Origin: Planctomycetota bacterium | GTDB lineage: Bacteria; Planctomycetota; UBA11346 | Assembly (NCBI GenBank): GCA_038213805.1 | Contig: JBBQSO010000062.1 | Span: 1 to 32,573, forward strand | Length of the DNA stretch: 32,573 nucleotides | Reading direction: 5' to 3' | Part shown: one piece after another, positions 1 through 8,930 of the stretch | How positions within the stretch are numbered: the stretch's first letter is position 1 | How the letters are laid out: each line of letters starts with the position of its first letter | The notes under the pieces: generated by a model | Database searches by the model: none | Told to the model about the DNA's origin: nothing | The model's input: only the letters and a program-made list of their open reading frames with translations | Made by a program: the position numbers and the translations under genes

Positions 1-1179
1 TATTGTGGAGGGGATCCGGTGAATCGAGCCGACCCGTCGGGTCTTGATTGGATCGAAGTCGATGGCGGTATCGCGTACTGGCAGGTTGAAGATGCCTCTG
101 GAAATGCTGTGCCAGGCCATCGTTACCCAATTGGATGGACAAACTCTAACGGCGGTGTCGACGTAATGGCTGGCTGGTTCAGCGACCCCACGGAGTCGCA
201 TACGGTGTGGCTGCGTGATCTCAAAAACCTCGCTCGTAGTGTCAATCTGGGCGGGTTGGGATATTCGGGTGCAGGCATCGAGTCCGGTGTTGGGTCGTAT
301 GTGACCGGCGGAATGTTCGCCTACGACGATCCTGCCATCCAGACTGCATGGAAGAGGACCGTTCGTGATTCTGAAACTGTTCTAAGGGCGGGAGGTCGAG
401 CCGCTGGATCAGTTGGCTTTGAAACCCTAGCGATGGCTGATGACACGAGGCGTGCATTGGCTTATCGCACTGGCATCAGTGATTCGTACCAGTCGGTTAG
501 CGCCTTAGGTCAGATGAAGGCCGGCGGAGCTGGCTATGGGACCATCGCTAAGGGTGCCGTCGTCGGCACTGTGATGACGCCCGTCCAGTTCGCACGCAGC
601 GTCGGGGGTCGGTTCACGGGCAGTGGTTCGCTTGATGACCTTGGCGACACGGGGTTCAACACGCTGTTCCTCCTCGCGTCAGCGAGAGGCACGGCGCTCG
701 ACCCGAAGTTGAGCACACTCGCCCGTCTGCCAGCAAACGCAGCTAACGCGGCCGAGGCTCTGGTCACTGCCTTGCGTCCACGGGGCCTCGTCCAACTCGC
801 GCAGAACATGCGGGCACGCGGTCTTCTGCGTATTGCACGCGACGGTGAACTTGCTCCGGGGGAGCAAGGCTTCGCGGACCTGTCGACGGGTGAGATCGTC
901 CTTCGGCCGGGCCTGCGTGGAGCTGATTTGGCTGAGACGCTGGGCCACGAACGGTTCCACAGTGTCTTGACCCAAGCGCTGTCAGCGGAGCTGCGTGAGG
1001 TTAGGGCAGACCTATACAGCGGTCGGGGTATCTGGACCTTCTTAGAGGAAGCTGCGGCCGAGACTGTCGGCACTGGTAGTCTTCAGCGGGGGTATCGGTT
1101 CCCACTGGAGAACCCGTACTTGAGCACTGACCGGTTCCCCTTCAGTTGGTTCCCACCGCCGGTCCCGGCGGCACCATGA
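1..1179 (+). CDS. Rhs protein C-terminal part (5' truncated by the window): end of the Rhs-associated core plus a toxin tip with a zinc-metallopeptidase-like HExxH motif
   Basis: Frame 1 from base 1 reads YCGGDPVNRADPSGL, the PxxxxDPxGL Rhs autocleavage motif. The tip contains HERFH (946-960) followed by LEEAAAE. A small gene follows directly. Confidence 0.85.
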   Translation, partial: YCGGDPVNRADPSGLDWIEVDGGIAYWQVEDASGNAVPGHRYPIGWTNSNGGVDVMAGWFSDPTESHTVWLRDLKNLARSVNLGGLGYSGAGIESGVGSYVTGGMFAYDDPAIQTAWKRTVRDSETVLRAGGRAAGSVGFETLAMADDTRRALAYRTGISDSYQSVSALGQMKAGGAGYGTIAKGAVVGTVMTPVQFARSVGGRFTGSGSLDDLGDTGFNTLFLLASARGTALDPKLSTLARLPANAANAAEALVTALRPRGLVQLAQNMRARGLLRIARDGELAPGEQGFADLSTGEIVLRPGLRGADLAETLGHERFHSVLTQALSAELREVRADLYSGRGIWTFLEEAAAETVGTGSLQRGYRFPLENPYLSTDRFPFSWFPPPVPAAP

Positions 1180-1185
1180 GGTCGT

Positions 1186-1428
1186 ATGCGCAAGTTCCTT
1201 AGGGTGGTCTTGGGCATCAAGCCTGCCGTCACTTCAACGGAGGCGGTCGAAGCGGCCAAGCGTGAATGCGAGCGGCAGGACGTTCCATTCCGCGAGCCGG
1301 TGAAGTGCTCTGAGCGACTGCGCCATTACGTAGTTGTCAGCCCGGCCAACAGGGCCGGTGCATGTGTCTTCGTGGGTGTTTCCATCGAGACGGGGAAGAT
1401 CATCTCCTTCCAGCACTTCGCGCGCTGA
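1186..1428 (+). CDS. Putative cognate immunity protein (80 aa)
   Basis: ATG 6 nt after the toxin stop, preceded by GAGG. Small ORF in the classic immunity position. Confidence 0.7.
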   Translation: MRKFLRVVLGIKPAVTSTEAVEAAKRECERQDVPFREPVKCSERLRHYVVVSPANRAGACVFVGVSIETGKIISFQHFAR

Positions 1429-1458
1429 CGTTTTCACGAGTAAAATCACCCGGTAGCC

Positions 1459-1638
1459 ATGCTGAAACTTGCACTCGCATTGATGATCGGTGCCGTTGTC
1501 TGGCTTGTCGCATGTGAGATTTATCGAGGTCGAGTATCTGCATCGGACAAAGTATCCTTCCACTTCAAGTGGATCGGTATTGTTGGAATGCTCGTACTGG
1601 GAGGGCTTGGCGCACTTCTATTTCATCTTTATCGCTGA
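1459..1638 (+). CDS. Small two-TM membrane protein (59 aa), possible orphan immunity protein; not in the ORF track
   Basis: Manual translation: MLKLALALMIGAVVWLVACEIYRGRVSASDKVSFHFKWIGIVGMLVLGGLGALLFHLYR*. Two hydrophobic helices, co-oriented within the toxin array, lower GC. Confidence 0.55.
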   Translation: MLKLALALMIGAVVWLVACEIYRGRVSASDKVSFHFKWIGIVGMLVLGGLGALLFHLYR

Positions 1639-2035
1639 CAAACGTTGTCTTCCTCGCCCACGGGTTGCTCAGAACACTTCGGCGGTAGCAACGTTCCGCT
1701 GGGGAGTGATTATCGAGTGTCTATGAGCAGGTTGGTCGCCCAATTAATCGCTTCGGGATAGCATCCGGCATCCAGCACGAACTCCTGCCCCCGCCCGACC
1801 GTCTGCAACTTGACGCCATCGTGGCATCGCCCCCACGCCTCGGGCTTGCCGTGATACGATAGAGCGGACCGGCGACCCTCGGGGTGGATCCAGGCTGGTA
1901 GGATCCATGTGGACGGGCCAGGACTGTTCGGTGCGGTCAATTGACGGCTGGAAGCGAATTGTCCAAACACCCCTGCGCCAGGGATCCCCTCGGCGCCTGG
2001 CAGGGACAGCCGCTCCGTCGCAACGCGTAGCGACG

Positions 2036-2142
2036 AACGTGGACATGCACCTGATGCGCCTCCCGGCGCTGACGGTCGATAGTGTTCCCCAGCGCCGACA
2101 AACGTGGACATGCACCTGATGCGCCTCCCGGCGCTGACGGTC
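2036..2142. repeat. Perfect 42-bp direct repeat, two copies (2036-2077, 2101-2142)
   Basis: AACGTGGACATGCACCTGATGCGCCTCCCGGCGCTGACGGTC occurs twice, separated by 23 bp. Confidence 0.95.
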
Positions 2143-2167
2143 AGGGAAAGGACAGGACAGGCATCGA

Positions 2168-5100
2168 TTGGCTCGTGTCACTTGGCTCAATCGGAAACGG
2201 TATATTCATCATCCTGATACGAAAAGCAGATGCCTGTCCCATCCTTCCTACCGGCGCGGGCGCGTCGAGCGCATCACCATCGCCGACAGCGGCAGCAGCA
2301 GCGGTGGTGACGGCGGAGGTAGCGGCGGCGGTCCGGTGATCGCGATCGCCAAGCCCGCCGCCCCCCAGCCCGCGGTGGACGCAGCGGCCGCTGCGCCGGT
2401 GCCGTCGTCGCCGGTCACCGTCGAACAGCGCTACGACAACGCCGACCGGCTCACCCAGCGCGCACTGAGCGGCGTGTCGGCGTCGGCCGTCACCTTCGGC
2501 TACACGGATGCCACCGGCCAGCTCACGACCATCGACGGCCTGGGCGGTTCGGCGCGGATCGCCTACGACGGCCTCGGCCGGGTGGCTGGCGTCACGCTGC
2601 CCGGCATCGTGCGCGGCTACACCCGCTACCCCGACGGGCGCGTCCAGCAGTACCGCGAGACCACCGGCACGCAGACCCGCACCACCGAGCTGCGCTACCG
2701 CGCCGAGGGCTGGTTGGCCACCCAGGACGGCCCCGACGGTGCGCAAGCATTCGCCTACGACGCCTGGGGCCGGCTGCGCAGCGAGAGCCGCAGCGCCGCA
2801 AGCAACGGCTGGCAGCTGACGTCGAGCAGCGCCTACATCCTCGATGGCGTCGACAACCGCACCCACGAGGACACCACCCGCCAAGCCCAGATCTCCAGCG
2901 ACTTCGCCGGTCGGGTCCTGCCGCCGTTCCTGACCGCGGTCCCCGCCGACCGGGTCACGGTCCGCGATGAGCTGCGCCTCGAGCTCCCGCGCAACGGGCC
3001 GACCACCGTCCGCGCCGAGTTGACGTCGCCGATCGCCAATGCGACCGCGCTCGCCCTGAACTGCCGGCTCGGCTGGAACGGCGGCGGTGGCAATGCCGCG
3101 GCGCTGACCCACACCGTGATCGAGGTCGCGCGCGACGGCGCCGACCAGCGCATCCTCGCCGGCCTGGAATGGTCGACGCTCGGCGGCACCGCCTGTCGCG
3201 CGGTGATCCTGCGCCAGACCGGGCCCACCACCTATACCACCCTCGCCGAGCGCACCGGCCTGAGCCTGGGCGGCAAACCGCTGGTGGCGCTGACCCTCAG
3301 CGCGTCGCTCGCCGGCGACGGCACCGGCGCGGTCAGCCTGACCCTGGGCGCACCCTTGAACGCCGTGTTGAACGCCGCGACCAGCGGCCTGGCTGGCTGG
3401 ACGCTGTCACCGGCCTGCGAGCTGCAGCGGCGCGACGCCGTGCGCGGCGCGGGCACGATGACCATCGATGACCTGGCGGTCACGTTGTCGCGCACCGCGT
3501 CGACCACCTTCACCTACGACGACCTCCACCAACTCGTCAGTACGCTCACCGACACCATCACGACCAGCTATCGCTACGACGGCCTGGGCCACCTGCGCGA
3601 GCGCTCAGTCGACGGCATGACCGAGTGGAGCTACGGCTACGACGGCCTCGACCGCATGACCAGCGCCAGCGGACCGGACGGCACCACCACCACCTGCGCC
3701 TACGCGGGCTCGCTGCCCTGGCGCACCGCCATCACCGTCGACGGCGTGCGCACCGCCCAGGTCATGACCGACGCCGGCATCCTGCGCCAGACCACCGGCG
3801 GCGCCGACACGCTCTACGCCACCAGCAACGGCCACCCGCTCTGGGAGCAGACCGCCGGCTTCGGCACCCTGAGCTACCAGACCGACGGCCGCGGCCAACT
3901 CACCGGTCGTGTCGATCCCGCCAGCAGCGCGATCCGCGCCAGCGCGTCCTATACCGCCTTCGGCATCCGCACCCCGACCGGTCCCCAGACCGGCATTCCT
4001 CAGCACGCCAGCACCAGCGGCTATCGCGGGATGATGCACGACACCGCGACCGGGCTGATGCCGATGGGGCATCGCATGTATGATCCGCAGATCGGACGGT
4101 TCATGTCGCAGGATCCGGCGAGGGCGGGGAGGAATTGGTACGCCTATTGTGGGGGGGATCCGGTCAATCGTATGGACCCGAGCGGCCTCGATGACATCGC
4201 AGTGGACGGCGGTCTGGTCAAATGGATCCCGGACGACGGGAGCGCCCCCTATGTCATCGGAGGTGGAACCCCCGCCGGTACGGCTCTCTCTCCTGAGCTT
4301 GGGGGAGGCACCGTTGACCTCGATGTACTCAAGCAGGTGGCGAAGGAGTCTCACCTGCATCTCGATGCCGGTGATGTCCGAGGGGCCACGGCTCAGATCG
4401 GGTCCGCGACCAACCGGATCGTTCGTCAAGAGGTAGTTCAAAACATCCTGGGCAATCCAGGGCAGTTCTACCGCCTCATCTTTCAGGGCTCGCAGCCCTG
4501 GGAAGGTGCCTACTCATCTGAAAAGACCGAGGCGTTCGATGCCATCAGGAACATGCAGAACCACTTCAGCTACGGCGGGAATGCTCCTTCCGGGTTGCAG
4601 GACGTCATAACTGGCTACATCCGGCAGGTTTCCAGTGAGAGCATCAAGGGCGACATCAGCGCGGCCAGCAAGAGCGCCCTCGTCGGGGCCTTCTATGACG
4701 CGGCCACGGCGTTCGCTGCCACGACCGAGGCACGAGCAAGTCGTGGATCCTTTGGCGGGGTGAATCCGACGACGACGGAGTTGTTCCTCAAGTCGGAAGT
4801 CACAACTCGGCCTCAGCAGATGCTGCTGCCCGCCCCCACTCTTGGTGACCGAGTCGCCTCGAACTACCAGCGCTACTACAACGAGGGATGGCTCTCAGCG
4901 GTGTCGCGATTCAACGAGGGCAAGATCACCATTGCTCCCGGTCAGAGCTGGCGAACGGTTCTTGGAGGTCGAACGGATGCGTTTGCACGTGAACGCCTCC
5001 TGCGGTACCTCGCACGGGAGGGCATCACTGAAGGTCCGGGAGGAGACGTCCTGATCAACAGGTGGCTCCGAGATCTCACCGGCTCCGGCGCATACCGAAT

Positions 5101-5266
5101 CCCAGATGTCATGGTGCCTGGCAGTCGACTGATCCTCGATGGGACGATCGGAAACAAGACGCAACAGACGCCCCAGGTCCTCGATTTCATTCGCTTCTCC
5201 GGCGGGTATGAAGTGCGAATCGTCACCCCGGAGGTTGGTCCAGTGTTCGGGCAGCCAAGTCGATGA
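2168..5266 (+). CDS. Rhs/YD-repeat protein, probably an N-terminally truncated orphan module, with a C-terminal PD-(D/E)xK-like nuclease toxin
   Basis: YD repeats (YDGLGR, YDAWGR, YDGLDR), core motif GHRMYDPQIGRFMSQDP...YCGGDPVNRMDPSGL, and tip YRIPDV...ILDGTIGNK...TPQV. The TTG start is doubtful because Rhs-like sequence and high-GC codon usage begin abruptly near 2250. Confidence 0.85.
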   Translation: MARVTWLNRKRYIHHPDTKSRCLSHPSYRRGRVERITIADSGSSSGGDGGGSGGGPVIAIAKPAAPQPAVDAAAAAPVPSSPVTVEQRYDNADRLTQRALSGVSASAVTFGYTDATGQLTTIDGLGGSARIAYDGLGRVAGVTLPGIVRGYTRYPDGRVQQYRETTGTQTRTTELRYRAEGWLATQDGPDGAQAFAYDAWGRLRSESRSAASNGWQLTSSSAYILDGVDNRTHEDTTRQAQISSDFAGRVLPPFLTAVPADRVTVRDELRLELPRNGPTTVRAELTSPIANATALALNCRLGWNGGGGNAAALTHTVIEVARDGADQRILAGLEWSTLGGTACRAVILRQTGPTTYTTLAERTGLSLGGKPLVALTLSASLAGDGTGAVSLTLGAPLNAVLNAATSGLAGWTLSPACELQRRDAVRGAGTMTIDDLAVTLSRTASTTFTYDDLHQLVSTLTDTITTSYRYDGLGHLRERSVDGMTEWSYGYDGLDRMTSASGPDGTTTTCAYAGSLPWRTAITVDGVRTAQVMTDAGILRQTTGGADTLYATSNGHPLWEQTAGFGTLSYQTDGRGQLTGRVDPASSAIRASASYTAFGIRTPTGPQTGIPQHASTSGYRGMMHDTATGLMPMGHRMYDPQIGRFMSQDPARAGRNWYAYCGGDPVNRMDPSGLDDIAVDGGLVKWIPDDGSAPYVIGGGTPAGTALSPELGGGTVDLDVLKQVAKESHLHLDAGDVRGATAQIGSATNRIVRQEVVQNILGNPGQFYRLIFQGSQPWEGAYSSEKTEAFDAIRNMQNHFSYGGNAPSGLQDVITGYIRQVSSESIKGDISAASKSALVGAFYDAATAFAATTEARASRGSFGGVNPTTTELFLKSEVTTRPQQMLLPAPTLGDRVASNYQRYYNEGWLSAVSRFNEGKITIAPGQSWRTVLGGRTDAFARERLLRYLAREGITEGPGGDVLINRWLRDLTGSGAYRIPDVMVPGSRLILDGTIGNKTQQTPQVLDFIRFSGGYEVRIVTPEVGPVFGQPSR

Positions 5267-5634
5267 ACCCCTACGGTCGCATCCGTCAGCTCTTCGGGTA
5301 CATGATCCTGTCCGCGCCGGACTTCCCGGCGGAGGACGAGACGGACTTGGACAAGGAGTTCGTCAGACTCTTCGATCTCTTGGCCGAGGCGAACGCCATG
5401 ACCAAGAATGAGGACAAGCGTCGTTGGATCGCCATGGCGCTCCAGGAGTCCATGGATGCGCTGGCGTTCTTCAAATCGGGGAACGAGGGCGAGGGGTTGA
5501 AGGTCTTGCAGTCCGCTAGCGCCCGGTTCGACAACGTGACCATGGGCAAGAAGCACGTGGTCAACTTCATCGTGGGCGCGGATGGCACGGCCACGTCCAC
5601 CGGTCAGGACGAGGGCGGCATCAAGCCTGAGTAG
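5263..5634 (+). CDS. Putative cognate immunity protein (123 aa, helical)
   Basis: ATGA overlap with the toxin stop codon. Acidic and predicted helical. Confidence 0.75.
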   Translation: MNPYGRIRQLFGYMILSAPDFPAEDETDLDKEFVRLFDLLAEANAMTKNEDKRRWIAMALQESMDALAFFKSGNEGEGLKVLQSASARFDNVTMGKKHVVNFIVGADGTATSTGQDEGGIKPE

Positions 5635-5652
5635 TTGGAGAAGGCGTCCGTC

Positions 5653-5886
5653 ATGACCCTCGATCTCTACGCCGAGGCCCGCACCCTGATCGCCGCCCTC
5701 GCCGCCCGGCAGGAAGCCGCCTGGGCTACGCGGTTCTGCAACTGCATGGAGGGCGGGGCCACCGGGACCGAGATCGTGATGTGCCTTGGGTGGCAGGCGG
5801 CTCGCTACCTGGAGTCCGGGGCTGAGGGTGAACTGCAGGACCTCGCGGAGCGGATCCGGGGCGAGGCGGCGCGGTTGATGAAGTAG
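5653..5886 (+). CDS. Small helical protein (77 aa), possible orphan immunity protein
   Basis: GGAGAAGG RBS before ATG 5653. Contains a GATGTEIVMCLGW motif and ends the toxin array. Confidence 0.6.
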   Translation: MTLDLYAEARTLIAALAARQEAAWATRFCNCMEGGATGTEIVMCLGWQAARYLESGAEGELQDLAERIRGEAARLMK

Positions 5887-5940
5887 GGGCGATATAATGG
5901 TCATGGGCTCGGCCGCGATCCCCGTCTCTCGGCCCTTGGC

Positions 5941-7414
5941 CCGTTCTGCGCAGATATCCATCGCGACCATTTTCTTCGGATTCCCCCGCAGCTTTCTCCT
6001 CGACAGCGCATTCCCAATTCAAGAATCCGTCACTGTGACGCCGCCTGCCCATCAAAAATCACCTCGTGGTCTGCCAAGATGCTTGGTTTTCCGCGGTGTT
6101 TTCTGCCTTTGGGCAATGCCGCGCCTGCCGCCAGACATCGCGTCGGCGGATCCCGTAACGATCAATCCGGTAGATTCAGGCGGCGACGCGGTGGTAGTGC
6201 CGCACGACCCCGCCGCAGCGGGTCACGCAGCGGATCTGGCTGGCCGTGAACCCCGCGATGGGTTTCTGCGCCGGTGCGGGAGTAGCCTGCGAATCGCCGT
6301 TCAGCGGTCGGTTGCCCATTCCCTGATGCGGCCGCTCCCGGTTGTAATGCTCGTCGACGAACTCATTCAGGACCCGGCAGAGTCCAGCATAGCCCAGGAA
6401 CCACACGCGGCGCGTGCACTCCCGCTTGACCGTGCGTACCCACCGCTCAGCGATGGCATTGCAATTGGGACTTCTCGCAGGGATGGGAACCGTCTCGATG
6501 CCGGCGGCATTCAGAACCTCCTTCCAGCGTCCGCAGAACTTGGTATCCCGGTCGTGGATCAGGTACCGGCAGCCAACTTGCTTCAGCCAGCCCGTGCCTT
6601 CCATGGTCTCATTGCGAGCGACCTGAGTCATGTAGTCAGCGTTGGAATGCTCAGTGACGCCCAGAATCTTCACCAGTCTGGTCTTCACGTGGATGGCAAA
6701 CAGCACGTCGTAGGTCGTCTTGCCCAGCCAACCCACCACATCGACGGTGAAGAAGTCGGTAGCAACCAGGGCATCAGCCTTCTCGGTCACAAACCGCTTC
6801 CAAGACCAATCGGTGCTGCGCCCGGGAGCCGGCTTGAGTCCATGTCGATCCAGGATGGCCGCGATGGTGCGCGGCGAGAGCGGGATCAGCAGCAAGACCA
6901 GCATGCCGGCGATGCGCATCTGCCCCCAGGTCGGATTCTCTTGGGCCAGGCGCAGAACGACCTGCTCGATCTTGGCATCAACGCGCGGCCGACCGGGACC
7001 GGCTCGCTTTGTGCCGAGCTTCCCCTTCAGCATCAGGCGATGCCAGCCACGGATGGTGGCCGCCTTGCCAACGGTGGCAATCTCACCCAGGCGCTTCCAG
7101 CCAACACCGCTGCCGGTTCGGGCCAGCCGTTTGCGCCATGGGTCAGTGAAGCGCAGGCTCTGTCCCTCGGGGATCTGCTCACGGAGGTAGGCGATCTCGG
7201 AGCGCAAGTACGCGACCTCGGCAATGAGGGTTTTGTTCTGCTTGGCCAGGATGGTGGCGGCGATGAGCCGGGTGAGAAAGGGAAGGCTTTCCATAGGGCG
7301 ATGGAGCCTGGAGACCCAGTTGGGTGGCTCAAGCGTTGGGGGCGGGCGGCGTGATGAGGAAGCGGAAGGGGCGGCATGCGCGATCAGGACCGGATGGTTT
7401 TCTGCGCATTTCTA
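5941..7414 (-). mobile_element. Insertion sequence carrying an rve integrase-core transposase; ends approximate
   Basis: Inverted repeats TGCGCAGATATCCATC (5947-5962) and GATGGTTTTCTGCGCA (7393-7408) match at 14/16 and flank the transposase. No target-site duplication seen. Confidence 0.65.
6176..7294 (-). CDS. DDE transposase, integrase core domain (rve), 372 aa
   Basis: GRP...LAQENPTWG HTH region. Catalytic motifs ATDFF, LIHDRDTKF, SPNCNAIAERWVRTVKREC, HYNRERPHQG. Confidence 0.92.
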   Translation of the reverse strand: MESLPFLTRLIAATILAKQNKTLIAEVAYLRSEIAYLREQIPEGQSLRFTDPWRKRLARTGSGVGWKRLGEIATVGKAATIRGWHRLMLKGKLGTKRAGPGRPRVDAKIEQVVLRLAQENPTWGQMRIAGMLVLLLIPLSPRTIAAILDRHGLKPAPGRSTDWSWKRFVTEKADALVATDFFTVDVVGWLGKTTYDVLFAIHVKTRLVKILGVTEHSNADYMTQVARNETMEGTGWLKQVGCRYLIHDRDTKFCGRWKEVLNAAGIETVPIPARSPNCNAIAERWVRTVKRECTRRVWFLGYAGLCRVLNEFVDEHYNRERPHQGMGNRPLNGDSQATPAPAQKPIAGFTASQIRCVTRCGGVVRHYHRVAA

Positions 7415-7526
7415 AGGAATCACAAGGTACTGCCCTTATTCATATTATAACCTTCTAATTGACCAGTCACGGACCTCTCTCGTAACCGTTCCTGACTACA
7501 TCCGCCTCTTACGTCTTGGAGTCACG

Positions 7527-8930
7527 ATGCGCATCCTGTCCAACCTGCGGCGCCTGTTCCTCTGCTTCTTGACGGCATCCGGAATCTTCGCCGGCGAAGC
7601 CATCACCACCTCCGCCGCACTGGTCGCGGCGATCCGCGATGGCGCGGAGGGCTCGAGCATCGTTATCGGTCCCGGCACCTTCACGATCGACGCGCCGCTC
7701 GCGCCGAAGAGTGGCATGACCATCACCGGGGCGGGCATGGACCAGACCATCATCGCCGGCGCGGACACGTGGAAGCCGTCGACCGCCACTCTGCCCGATC
7801 CGGAAATGAAGACCAAGGGCATGGATACCAATGCCTATATTTTCCGGTTGCAGGACAAGGCGCAGAAGGTCTCGATCTCAGCCATGACCTTGCGCGGTCC
7901 GCTGCTTCACGGCGCCCTGTTCGCTTGGGAGCCGACCGATCTGCGCCTGAGCAAGGTGCGCATCAAGGAGGTGCTGTGGAGTGGCGTGCGCACCTTCGGC
8001 ATGAAGGGCGCAAAGATCATCGACTGTGAGTTCATCGACGCCGGCGGCCGTTGGGAGCGTGGCCAGCCGGGCGTCAAGGGCGGCATCACCGGTGGCGCGA
8101 TCTTCGCCATCTGGATGGCCGACTGCGAGATCGCCAACAACCGCTTCGTGCGCACGCGGCAGGCGGCCCAGAATGAATTCTACGGCATCAAGGTGCGCCA
8201 GGGCAAGCGCTGCAGCATCCACCACAACACCATCGCGGTGAATTTTTCGATGGAGTTCCCCTTTGAGAATGACGAAGACAACGAGATCTCGTACAACATC
8301 TGCCATGGCACCATTTCAATCCCGAAACACGCCGGGGGCCCGGTTCCTGCCAGCGGCAAGACCTTCCACTTCCATCACAATCTCTTTCTTTACGGCTATG
8401 CCCTGGAATTCGTGCGCAACGGGGTCGAGATCGACCACAACCTGTTCGACTTCGACCCGGTCAAGTCGGATGGGATGAATCTCATTTCAGCCTTCGGTAA
8501 TGTCGACGCCGCGGGGCCGGCATCGTTCCACAACAACGTGGTGAAGAACCCGGGTCGGGGCGTCATGTGGATGAACGAGGTGTTCAACCACCTCGAGATC
8601 CGCAACAATCGCATCATCACCAACACCACGCCGTCGGTCCGCGCAGAGGGCCTGTTCGGCTTCAATGCGAAGTGCGACTTCAGCACCATCACCATCCGCG
8701 ACAATATCATCGAGTGCATCGGCCAGCCACGCCCGCTGCTGCGCTGCGCCGAAAGCTATGGCGCCACCATCAGCAACAACGCCCTGACCAACGTCGCCGA
8801 TGCGGACAAGCTCAAGAATGTCGCTGGGGCCACCAAGCCAGGGCTGGAAGCACCGCTTTCCTTCCGCTGCGGTTTCCACGATGAGACGACCATCGCGGAT
8901 GGGAAGGTGTCGACGGTCACTGGTCGCTAG
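7527..8930 (+). CDS. Secreted right-handed parallel beta-helix protein (pectin-lyase-like fold)
   Basis: Signal peptide, GPGTF and ITGAG..TII N-terminal motifs, and repeated IxNN/IHHN beta-helix rungs. Confidence 0.8.
   Translation: MRILSNLRRLFLCFLTASGIFAGEAITTSAALVAAIRDGAEGSSIVIGPGTFTIDAPLAPKSGMTITGAGMDQTIIAGADTWKPSTATLPDPEMKTKGMDTNAYIFRLQDKAQKVSISAMTLRGPLLHGALFAWEPTDLRLSKVRIKEVLWSGVRTFGMKGAKIIDCEFIDAGGRWERGQPGVKGGITGGAIFAIWMADCEIANNRFVRTRQAAQNEFYGIKVRQGKRCSIHHNTIAVNFSMEFPFENDEDNEISYNICHGTISIPKHAGGPVPASGKTFHFHHNLFLYGYALEFVRNGVEIDHNLFDFDPVKSDGMNLISAFGNVDAAGPASFHNNVVKNPGRGVMWMNEVFNHLEIRNNRIITNTTPSVRAEGLFGFNAKCDFSTITIRDNIIECIGQPRPLLRCAESYGATISNNALTNVADADKLKNVAGATKPGLEAPLSFRCGFHDETTIADGKVSTVTGR

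Noticed and set aside
2036..2142. Possible mini-CRISPR (direct repeats, with GTGTTCCCC in the spacer resembling a type I-E repeat start)
   Set aside because: Only two copies with a 23-bp spacer. The CRISPR-like 9-mer lies in the spacer rather than the repeat, and there are no cas genes in the window.
1710..2190. Minus-strand ORFs between the Rhs modules
   Set aside because: No recognisable motifs, opposite orientation to the array, and they span the DNA duplication. Coding status cannot be supported.
5897..7354. 485-aa + strand ORF
   Set aside because: Antisense shadow of the transposase with no recognisable motifs.
6034..7424. TGTGA...TCACA as IS481-type termini
   Set aside because: Only a 5-bp match with no target duplication. 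The 14/16 inverted repeat at 5947/7393 is better supported.
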